A stretch of DNA of 63,796 nt, filler included, from Reticulomyxa filosa (lineage: Eukaryota > Protista > Foraminifera), in NCBI GenBank assembly GCA_000512085.1. It is 21 parts of 21 records of this genome, joined end to end, with 100 filler letters (N's around TTAATTAATTAA, not from the genome) between each part and the next. Parts side by side here need not be neighbours in the genome. Positions count along the whole stretch, not along the records: positions 45,485 to 47,995 come from ASPP01025728.1; positions 48,096 to 50,206 come from ASPP01027217.1; positions 50,307 to 58,412 come from ASPP01027757.1; 18 more parts are not named here. One strand, written 5' to 3'. The notes under the pieces are model-generated. The model searched no databases. It saw only the letters and a list, made by a program, of their open reading frames with translations, and was not told the origin of the DNA. Positions 47,863-58,512 of this stretch are shown in pieces. Both the position numbers and the translations under genes were made by a program. Positions within the stretch are counted from its first letter, which is position 1, and each line of letters opens with the position of its first letter.

Positions 47863-47995
47863 GACTTCTTTCGAAACTCATAACTTCAGCTCCCAATTAT
47901 AAAAAGCAGTAATAAGATTAAAACGTAGGCCAAACCTCTTTCTTCTATTGCGATACCGATCAGCAATAATCTTAAAACGCTTTAACATACCGATA
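47861..47995 (-). mobile_element. IS5-family (ISL2-like, DDE_Tnp_4) transposase 3' end with terminal inverted repeat
   Basis: The minus strand reads IGMLKRFKIIADRYRNRRKRFGLRFNLITAFYNWELKL*, followed by GTTTCGAAAGAAGTCTA (putative IR), which abuts parA coding sequence. Confidence 0.8.
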
Positions 47996-48095
47996 NNNNN
48001 NNNNNNNNNNNNNNNNNNNNNNNNNNNNNNNNNNNNNNNTTAATTAATTAANNNNNNNNNNNNNNNNNNNNNNNNNNNNNNNNNNNNNNNNNNNN

Positions 48096-49171
48096 CAATT
48101 CGATTGCTCGTCAGTTGTGTTTTCACACATCCTCATTTGCGCAAACAGCGCTTCTATCACCACTAAGGCAGGTGCTAAGCCATGTAGTGACGACTGACTT
48201 TTTGTCGCCTGCAATCGCAACTGGTCTGTCCATTTGTCAAATCGTCCTCGTCCGTCCATGTTCAATTTGAACTGCGGCATATCGTAAGGTCTATTCATTT
48301 ATTTTTGTTTGTTTGTATTCAAGAAAAAAAATGTTGCAAAAAAAAAAAAGAACCTAACATTGCAATATTGGACACATTGGTACGAACACTGAATTTTGCA
48401 CCAATACTACATACAGTTGCAGCAATTCCACGTTTCCAGCGTATCGTATCCCAACCCAAACGAATTGTGATTCTGAATCTTTGCAAAATCCAACATCCGC
48501 ACACAAGCCATTGTATTCAATACGCACAACTTTGTTCTGCACCAACAAGATTGTAATATACTTGCTAGCCATTAAGTCACTATGTTTTTTGTTTTTGTTT
48601 TTTAAAATCCATCTTAAATCAAATCAGCTATATATACAATCTCTCATCCCCTTACTCTCTTCATCTACGTAAACCTCACTTTTTTTTTTCATGAACATTT
48701 TTTTTTTCTTCAATTAAATCTTTCAATCAATGTTATTTACCTGTATTTTGATTTGAAAATTAATGTATATGATGCTAATGACATACTCGATGTGGACGTA
48801 AAAATATTTATTGCTGGCATTTTTGTGTGTACACTATCATTGGATTGCATTGGGTCGATCATTGATGCGCTTTTGAAAATGCGTATACGTGAGTTTTTGA
48901 ATTGAACAAAAGATAATCTTCTTACTTTGTTACAGAATTGTGAACATTGTACATACTTCCACATTTTTGATTTCCATGTTTGGCTGATAGAGTAGCTGAC
49001 AAACGTATTCCATGATATTGTTGTTGTGCCCATATTGTCGTGATTATTCAAATATATTTGTACGTTTTCGTTTGAACTGTCTCTGCACAGATTTGCACCT
49101 AGCACGACCGAAACTACAAGTAAGACTTGAAGTGCGATCAATATATTCTCATACACCAGCGACGAGTCCAT
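48096..49171 (-). CDS. Hypothetical secreted protein, multi-exon, 3' partial
   Basis: Hydrophobic N-terminus ILIALQVLLVVSVVLGA. Collinear minus-strand exons at 48737-49171, about 48354-48570 and 48096-48298. Confidence 0.35.
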
Positions 49172-49879
49172 GTTGCGTTGAGAGAGCTAAGTTTCCACTC
49201 AATCGTTTCTCTTACGTTTGCCCCTCTTTTACCGGGCACTACGAAATGAAATTTTGTTTTTTCTTTTGAAAAGTTATTTTCTTTGTGAATGTACTTGCAC
49301 AAATTCAAAATAAAAACGAAGTCAATAATAGTCCTTCTCCTCCAAAGAAAAATCACAAACAAAATTGTGCTAATTGCTCAACTGAATATTTTTGCTAATA
49401 AATTGCCTCGTCTGCTTATCATCTTAATTTTTTTAAGGTGCAAAAAACAAAAAGCAAGAGGCAATTAAGGTTAGTGAGAATAAAGATCGCAATAATTACA
49501 AAAAAAAATTGTCATATCAAAAAAAAAAGGTCCAACCAACAAAAAACCAAATATCACAATTTTGATTGACTGAATGCTTTTTTTTTTGCTTTCCAAGACA
49601 GGTCAGTTGTCAGTCTTGCTTTTCGCAGCAAAGTCTTTATTTTTTTAAATACATGCCAGTAAAAAATTTGACACATTTATGTTTCAAAAAAAAAATATCT
49701 CAAGTGGTCAAACAGTCCTGTCAACTTATTGTTGTTATTAAATTTATATGCGTCGTTGCACTTCAGATACTCGGATGACCTTCCAATTCAAAATCGAAGG
49801 TCTGTCTTTTCTGCTTTCGTTTGCAATAGACTTTTCACACTAGAGCAGTATGGGTAATGTACTTTTGTAAACACTGCAA

Positions 49880-50206
49880 CGGGCGCTGATACAATCATTT
49901 CTTGTGAAATCCAACGAAGAGTATTAAATATAATCAACAATAAATATCCACGTAAAGATGTATCAGCGATATCTCAATGGTCTCGAATCAAGTCATTTGG
50001 ATTTGTTCAAGGACAAGAATCAAAAGATGAGTACAACCAAATGGTTCGGTGTATTTCGCTCATTTAACATTGCAGTGAATCTAAATGGAAATCTTTGGTA
50101 AATGAATTAAAAGATAGTTATAAGAGTGTTTGGAAGTCATGTGTACAATTATTTGTAACACTTTCAGAAAAATGGAATAAAAGATAATTGGATATTATTG
50201 TTCAAT
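49880..50206 (+). pseudogene. Degraded HEAT-repeat family remnant
   Basis: SVWKSCVQLFVTLSEKWNKR*LDIIVQ matches VQESCVKSLVTLSKKWNDKQLNITFQ in ORF 5249-6007. Confidence 0.55.
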
Positions 50207-53008
50207 NNNNNNNNNNNNNNNNNNNNNNNNNNNNNNNNNNNNNNNNNNNNTTAATTAATTAANNNNNNNNNNNNNNNNNNNNNNNNNNNNNNNNNNNNNN
50301 NNNNNNTAAAATCCAATCAACAAATCTTTAAAATAACAAATTTGTGACCTCTTTGTAATATCCCAAAGACCCTTTTCAAGGGTTTCAAATAAATCCTCCA
50401 ATTAATTAATCCAAGAAATTTTTTCAAATACTGATATTTCAAAATCAATTCAAATATTGAAAGATCTTGACCTTACCTACCTAGACCCCTTCAAAAAAAC
50501 AACTTTTGCAGTAAGTTGAAAATGATTATGAAGGTGGCTAAATATTTTTTTTTTCGTTGCTGTCGCGAGTGGTTTCCGCTCATCTAAATGAGGAGATATA
50601 TTTTGGCATTCTTGCCTTTTTTTTTTATAGAAAATGTTATAAGTTGAATTCACAGAAAATATTGCAAAATAAACACCTCACTCACACTTGAATGCAGTAC
50701 CAAGTATTACAATATGTTACAAAAGTAACATTCCAGCTTCAGCTTTGCAGCTATAGTTTTAATTTAAAATTGTTTGAATGAGATCAAAATTCATTGTAAA
50801 AAGATTTCAATTTATTCTTTAAGTCTTGGTGTCATCACTCGGTTAATGGCTTTTGTCTCACCTCTGTGGAGTTCAGATGGAGTCCAAGGATCTCTTTTCT
50901 TCGATCGTTGCTTGTATCTGATCTTTCCAGTTGTTTCTCGGTCTCAGGGAAATTTCTCTTTGTTTTCTGGCCTTCGGGGGCCTTTTCTTTGGTTTTTGGG
51001 CCATGTGGACATCACTGAAGAAGAAGGTATTGAGATATATTTCTTCACGCTATCTGGAGTTGAAAGATTATCACAATGATATTGATGTGATGTTTAAATG
51101 AAAATAAATTATTAACACAATTTGGCACAACACATCCGAATTATTATTACGAATGACTGAATCAATCTATTTATCATTAGATAATAATGGGTATCATATG
51201 CAGTGTTGTTGCATTTTGGAAATCTATTTACAGTATTGGAATTAAATGTAATATCACAGATACCTCCATTAAAATTAAGAAGACAACAAGAATAATTGAA
51301 ACTATATCATAAATGTATTCAACATAGTTCCTTTTTTTTTTTAGCAAGAATGAGATCTTATCCAAGTTAAAATAAGCACCTCGTCCCAAAAGGAACACAG
51401 TACTCTAATAAAAACAAACAAAATATATCAAAAACTCACACACAATCAACAACAAGTGAAAAAAAAAATTTTAAGTTTTAATTTGATCTTTAAAATAAAA
51501 AAAAAAACAAATAAAATCTCAAATGTTGTACGTCGATATCAATCAACGGTTGTGAAAACAAATTTGGCTCTTCCCTGTGGAATGGTCAGGGGGAATTATA
51601 GGAGCAATGCCAATTCTCAACTGAATCTTGTTGATATTATTTTGTTTCGACTGTTCATTTTAGGTGTTTCGTTTGTTATCTTGTATATATCTGATCTCGC
51701 GCAAAATCGCAATATTAGATATCTGACTAGTAAAAAATTTTTATCACGATAAAAAAAAAAATTTTACTAGTAAAAAAATTTCTTTGAAAGTATTTTCTTT
51801 TTATCTTTGTCTTTGTTTCTGTTTTCGCGAAGATTAACTTCGAACTTCTTTCAGATACTGCTAGATGTTGCAGTAGCTAGTTGTTCTGTGTTTGCCTTCC
51901 TTCAAAATACAACTTTTTTTTCAAAAGTTTATCGATGTATTAATGATTTTTTTTTTTTTTTTTTTTTGGTTAAGAAGTTCCCAAATCACAATTTATCAAT
52001 TGTGGAGAAGTAGTCACAATATTGAAAGTAATGTAAAGATTAGTTGGATAGTAAAATTATCCACACTATCAAGGTTGGCGTTTCAGATGCACAAAGCAAA
52101 TTGACAATGCAGATCGCGAAATTACCTCACTCAATTAGGTTTCCATTCGCAGATGAGGATCTGGATTGATTATTCAAGATCAGTCACGTTCATGGATTGA
52201 ATTGTGGATAAGATCTCATTCTTGCTAAAAAAAAATATTACTATGTTTGGTAATGCTGCTGTCTTTCACAAAATTCTAATGATCTTTATATGCGAAGCAA
52301 AATTTTTGCAAGTAGATTTCTCTATTCCGTAAATTGAACTTCAAATCTATGTTTTTTGTATCCTGACCGATCTTGTACTAATCTCCAATTATAAAGATGA
52401 TTAAATTATCTTCAAATACAGTAGAAGTGGATAATCGATTTTTCAATGAAGGAACAAAATCAAAATATCTGTAAAGCATGCTGCTTTAAATAAGAATATA
52501 TTACATTTAGTACTATGATATTATATTTCTACAACATTATATCAATGATTTACTAAATATCATTATACAACTCATTCAATGTGAAACGTTTGTTGACGAC
52601 TTGGTACTCGATATGTATAAATGATGCCAATGAGAAACTTTTTATCGGAAAGTGAAAAAATATTTCCTAACTTTTGTTGAAACTGAAAGTTTGGCAATAT
52701 AATCATCTATCCAAAAGAAACAAAACACCATTAAAATTTTATAGCAAGCTTGCTCTTGCAATGTTTTGCTGTTTCAAATTTTTGAAATTTATTGATGATA
52801 CATAAGCGATAATTTGTCTAAAATATTTCTAGGCCCAGCGATCACAACACAAAATTAAAAGCTTCGTGCATACCCTAGCAAGTCGAACTAAACACTACTA
52901 ATAGTTTCCACTTCTTTCAGAAATATGTTTTCCAGTTACCCAAGGCAAAGCTGTTGTTCAAACGCTTATAAAGAAAAGGGTCTTATGCTAAACAATTTAT
53001 AGAGATCC

Positions 53009-53860
53009 ATGCAGCAACCTACATATATATCTAAAGAATGCAGTGATGAACTCAAAAAATGTCACGCCAGCGGTGACTCTAGTGCTGGATCACAAACGAA
53101 AGAGCCCGAAATGACGTATGGACCTGTTCGTGGAACCAGCAGGGTTCCCACTGAGTTGTTTGATCCGATGAAAGGCAAAGTTTTGTGTTTCTTTCTTTTT
53201 TTTGCATTTGATCTCATGTGAAACTTTTAAAAAACTCATTATACACTATCAAAGAAAGAAGGAGCTGCTCCTATAACAGGAGATGTTCCTGTAACAGGAG
53301 ATATTCCTGTTACAGGAGATGTTCCTATGAAAGGAGATGCTCCTATGACAGAAGATATTCCTATAACAGGAGATGTTCCTATGAAAGGAGATGTTCCTAT
53401 GAAAGGAGATGCTCCTATGACAGAAGATACTCCTATAACAGGAGATACTCCTATAACAGGAATAACATGGTACGGTCCACGCTATGTCAGGCGTAAAAAA
53501 AATTCAAGCAGAAAAGATGACGCGGTCACGTTCTACAAGAAACGACATATGCCTACTAAAAGTACTTAAAAAGATGAAAAAGAGGAGCTCAATGATGTCA
53601 AATTGAATGTGCATGGCTTACCTGCGTGTATTAACAGTAGTAAATTGAATAAGTTTTTTGCTCCTTTCAGGGTGGTAAAGGCTCGAGTCCAAACGAATAA
53701 ATATGGTAAAAGCATGGGCTTTGGGGTTATTCACTTTGAAGATGAACATGACGCAGAAAAAGCGATACAATCAATGAATAACTGCAGAATTGGCAAAAAA
53801 GTACTTTGTATTGTGCCCCAAAAAAAATGCAAGGCAAAAAAAAAGCCTGCAACAGAATAA
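53009..53860 (+). CDS. Single-RRM RNA-binding protein with an N-terminal hexapeptide repeat (GDAPIT/GDVPMK), about 3 exons
   Basis: RNP2-like LNVHGL and RNP1 SMGFGVIHF..DAEKAIQSMN. The repeat ORF (53327) and the RRM ORF (53603) are in the same frame; the TAA between them probably lies in an intron at about 53493-53573. Confidence 0.7.
53261..53461 (+). repeat. 18-bp coding minisatellite (GGAGATGTTCCTATAACA-like), about 11 units
   Basis: Directly visible tandem units with variants. Confidence 0.92.
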
Positions 53861-54430
53861 ATACAAATTTAGATTAACTTTTATGCTTTTTCTTGCACAT
53901 TCGAATCCATTCTAACACCAATCCCCTCTTCCATCAAAAAAATTGTTGTGAGGTTAAATGTTTTCTTATTAAAGACAAGCGAATGGACTATTTTGTGGAA
54001 ACTTATTTTTTTGTTTCTATTTATTATATTAAAATGGTATAATACTTTCTGTATATTTCAGTTTTTTTTGTGGTGAGTTCTTCACAAGAAAAGTCGCAGC
54101 TGCAAAAAACGATAAATTGAACGGTAACAACACAAAGCTTCAGCAAGTAAACAGAATTGTTGAAGGGCGTATTGTTTTTAATTTCGCACTTGTTAATGAC
54201 AACGGCATTGAAAAATAAAAGCGCGTTCAAAAAAAAAGGTAGCAAATATGCACTATTTTGGGTGAAATTTCTCTCATGTCAAGTATTGTTTTGCATTGGG
54301 AAAAGAAAAAAAAGAATTGAGAAGATTGAACAACGTTTACATCTGCCTTTGTAGTCAACGTTTCTAATTTAATCGTTCTAATACAGTATCCATAAAGCCG
54401 AGAAGCGGTAAAAAAAATCGAAACAAAACA

Positions 54431-56851
54431 ATGGCCAATGGTTTTGCGAAGCTGAAATTGAAAATAGCACTGCCAGGAGAGGTGGCAAGTATCGAAAGCC
54501 CATGGATTCAAAAACTGCGTCAATATGACTTGCAGCATGATCCAAAGATCTATGCGTTTGCGGAGTCATTATATTCGAAGCTGCTGCATTTCCCACGTTC
54601 TCACTCGCACATGCGACGTCATTGTCGACGATGCATCAGTACGTCTTTATCATCGACAGGAGCAACCACAGCCATGGGAGTGGGAGTAACAGTGACGACC
54701 GAGTCGCAATGGTCGGGGACATCGACAAAGACGATAGGACCAAGTTATCATAACAGTAGTGGCAATAGCAGTCCTACCAAGTCTATTCATTATCATCAAA
54801 AGTGTATTCCAATGACACCAACAAATGAAAAGGAAAAAGAAAAAGAAGATTCGATAAGACATAGCACTCAATTGACTAGTCATGAAATGACCACTCCAAT
54901 ACCGATGACCCCATCAATGGAGGGAGGAGAAGACTTTGATGCGGCCTGTGGCCATCTCAGCAATGGCAATGGCAATGGAAAACATGGAATGGAGACACTG
55001 ACCCCCGTGGCACATATATGCTGTTATTACAATCTATTGTTTTTGGATGCGGATGGTGTGATCGTGCCGACCAAATCATTGAAAGAGTTTCCAAGTGAGG
55101 AGCATATGGCCCGACTGAAAAGCATTTTGGATCAAAACTCGCCCGAGTTGAGTGTGATTATCAGCAGTTCGTGGAGAAGCTCGCCCGATCATTTGTACTC
55201 GCTGTGCGCGGCTTTCAAAGAGATCGGCATTGATTATCAACACGTGATCATTGGATGCATTCCCAGCTGCAAAGACGAAAGCTTTTACAAAACACACGTC
55301 GAAGAGCGCAATGCCTGCATTCAGGCGTGGTTCTCGCAAATGCACATGGACTACGTTGACGTGTACTTCGATCCCAATCACACGTGTTACGCCAATCAAC
55401 ATCTGTGCAAAGGACATCCCACACACGTCCTGCCCTCGTCCGCCGACGACGACGACGACGACGACGACGACATCTTCGTCCTCGGCCACACCGTTGCCAA
55501 GGATTCTATACACTCACCGCACGAGGCACTCCTCCCTCTTCGCGATAAAACTCTCAAAAAAATCAGTTTTGAGTTTGAGTCGGGGTTCCTTTTTTTTTAA
55601 AAAAAAAAAAAAAAAAGAGGGGAGGGGGGGGAAGAAAAAAAAAAAAAAAAAAAAAGGGGGCTTCATTATTTCTTTCTCTGTTTATTAAATATATGTACAT
55701 ACATATACGAACAAAAAGAAAACGAGAGCGAGAACGCGAATAAGAATGGCGGAAAAGCTCATGAATCGACAACGACTCACTCACAACATAAACGCTCGCT
55801 TTCCCCACTATCCCCAGTGGAAAGCAAAACAGTACTGTCGACAACGAATGGTCGCGCACATGTGTCTCGCGGCGATGTGACGACCTCCACCCATCCCAAA
55901 GTATCCATTAAGCTACCCACGCCGACAATAACAATCAGCAATATATCCACGTCCACTGCAAAGGCGGCAAAGCCTGCGCGCGGCAAGCCGCGTGTGCTCG
56001 AGGACAGCGATAACAATGACAACAGCACTGCGAATGAGCCTGCGACTTCCAACACACATAACAATAACAGTGATGGTATTATTCACAACGACAGCAATGA
56101 CAATGACAACCACGATGATGACGAAAAACACGTAACAAATGGAGGACCCGTCAGCAATGTCTGCACATTAGTTCCGACGTCGACATCAACGCTTTCGCCA
56201 GCGCCTTGTTCATCGACTAAACGAATTATGAAAGTGTGGCGGTCGAAAGCGCAAAATTTCAATGTTTACAATTACTTAATTGTGGACGACTTTGGATTGA
56301 GCGGACCTATGATCGATGGACACTTTTTACGAACGCAACCGAGCGTTGGAATGACGGAATATGATAAACAAACCATTCTGACGTTCTTCAAAAATCCACC
56401 CCCTTCTGCACGTTCAAGTCGACGTAAAAAAAGCCATTCTCTCAAATCCAAACATACAGTTTCACCGATAAAATCCGCTCAATCACATGACCACAATCTC
56501 CATCTCAATCATGATCATGATCATGAGCATGATCATAATCATAATCATAATCATAATCATGGCCGTAAGCACACTCACTCTAAACTTTCGACTTCCACTA
56601 TCACTCCACATCCTGTTGACGACTCTCTCAATCCTGCTGTTGTCTTACAACACCAAAACAGCGATGTGGATAGAAGAGCAGAAGAAGGAGGGGAAGAAGA
56701 AAAAAATGGACCAGTAGATAGTCATGACGACGACGATGAAGAAGAACAAGAATGGGAAGATGAATCATCTGAAGGAACTCGGGAACGAAATGCTTTGTTA
56801 GCTAATATCGACCCAGACATTTTAATGATGATACCTTCTGCACAGGATTAA
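54431..56851 (+). CDS. HAD-superfamily protein of the Swiss-Army-Knife RNA-repair type (HAD_SAK_2-like) with long low-complexity inserts, 2 or more exons
   Basis: LLFLDADGVI (motif I), VIISSSWR, IIGCIP and RNACIQAWF; after the insert, NYLIVDD and HFLRTQPSVGMTEYD. Likely intron at about 55566-55817. Confidence 0.72.
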
Positions 56852-58192
56852 TTCCTTTTTTTGTTTGTAATGGACCCCTCAACAGAGTGCTACCTCATCT
56901 GCTACAGAAATTAAACGTAACACACAAATTCTTTTTTTTTCCTCCTCACGTGCATTTCTCGGCCATGCTTTTTATTTTTGGAAATTCTTGTTTTTTGTTT
57001 GCGGAGGAATGACATACTTGTTATGATAAGAGAAATTTGGAAAAGAAGAAGCAGAGAGGAAGAAGGGAAAAAAGAATACATTTGTTGTTTGCTCCCTTTT
57101 TTTATTTTGTTCAATGGAAGGCAATTCGTGTTATTTTTTTGTAGTCTGTGGGGCTTATGAGTTTTTTGGTAGTAATCTTTTCATTATTATTATTATTATT
57201 TTCTTTTCTTTTTGTTCCATTGCCTTTAGACAACTCCATGTTTGCGGGCTTTCAGTTGTTAAAATTTTTTTCTTTTCTTTTTTTTCATTTTTTTTTTCTT
57301 TTTTTTTCTCCATTTTCTTAATCATTGTGTTCTCAAACTCTTTTATCTGTTTTACGCTTTTTTGTTTTTGGCTCCAACAAAACTGAATTACAAACAAAAT
57401 TGAAAGAAACTCTTTTTATACTTTTGCCGCGTCTAATAGACTATTTTATTTGTCGAAAATCATTATCTTTCTCAACTGTCACAATTTTAAAAATCGCACT
57501 TTTGTGAAGTGACGAAGAAGAAAGTCAAAGAATTGAACGAAAATAATCAACAGTACTCAAAACCACGAGTACTCCTGTGTAAAGCTGTTTCAGAAGCCAC
57601 ATCACGATCTGTGTATTACTTCCAAAACTCAGTAAACATCACATGATGAAACAAATGATAATTTTAATTCCCACAACCAAAAAATGAAGAGATGTTAAGA
57701 TCACTTGGATGCACATCTTCAATCGCAATTTTTCGTGGTTGTTTGTTACAAATGTACAAATGTAAATATATATTTATTTTCTTGCGTTTTGAATCACAAT
57801 TAAGCTAAAATCCTTTTTCAGTTAATACAAAAGTTGTTATTTTCTAATTTGGGAAGATTCTTTTAAAATAGGTGATCATATTTGTAGAAATCAACACTAA
57901 ACATTTTATTTAATATTATCATTGCAAAATTAGGATTTTTTTGTTATTAAATATTGACGAGATGCTAGAAAAGAGAGAAAGAGATTTCAACAGTGCTGTC
58001 TTTTTATTTCCTTGCTTTTGAGTTCTTTTGAAAAAGAAATGTTGTTCAAATCCAAAACCATGGAATACAAACAAACTTAGGACAAAAGGAAAGAGTTTTA
58101 AGTGATAGAGTTTTTAAAGTTTCCCCTTTAGACTTTGGAGTTATTGATTTTGTGTTGCTTCATCAGTCTTGCATTTTTTTATTGTGAATAGC

Positions 58193-58330
58193 CAGTATGT
58201 TGCAAAGAAAACTGAACGCCTAAAACGATATATTATGATGATAATTGATTTTCTCCATGAAAAATCAACATTTAGACCTAATTTTTTTTTTATTTTAAAA
58301 AATATCTACAAATCTTGTAGTTTTCATATT
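58193..58330 (+). mobile_element. Diverged solo TIR copy of the Tc1/mariner family
   Basis: CAGTATGTTGCAAAG..CCTAAAA..ATTGATTTTCTCCATGAAAAATCAACATTTAGACCTAATTTTTT..AATATCTACAAATCTTGTAG aligns by eye with the TIR at 19472. Confidence 0.72.
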
Positions 58331-58512
58331 TTAATTTTATTTTTATTTTTTTATTTTTTTTTATTTGAGTCCTTTTTTTTGTTGTAATATCTTCAATATT
58401 AAAATTTTAATCNNNNNNNNNNNNNNNNNNNNNNNNNNNNNNNNNNNNNNNNNNNNTTAATTAATTAANNNNNNNNNNNNNNNNNNNNNNNNNNNNNNNN
58501 NNNNNNNNNNNN

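Noticed and set aside
47815-47876. Short inverted match AGAAGTCT / AGACTTCT near the IS5 end, as a mini-element or parS site
   Set aside because: Only about 9-10 bp, and one arm lies in parA coding sequence. It is compatible with chance.
45385-48095. Horizontal transfer of parAB into the eukaryotic genome
   Set aside because: Both ends are assembly spacers, so no host-bacterial junction is visible.
53261-53461. 18-bp repeats as a CRISPR array or iterons
   Set aside because: They are contiguous tandem units with no unique spacers, no cas or rep genes nearby, and they lie in a eukaryotic exon.
53567-53569. In-frame TAA between the repeat region and the RRM, as stop-codon readthrough or reassignment
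   Set aside because: A plausible GT..AG intron (~53493-53573) removes it in frame. TAA and TAG act as normal stops in COA5, PIP5K, TIM23 and the sulfotransferase.
57114-57507. Hydrophobic Phe-rich ORFs as membrane proteins (also 24357-24674)
   Set aside because: They are translations of poly-T UTR or intergenic tracts.
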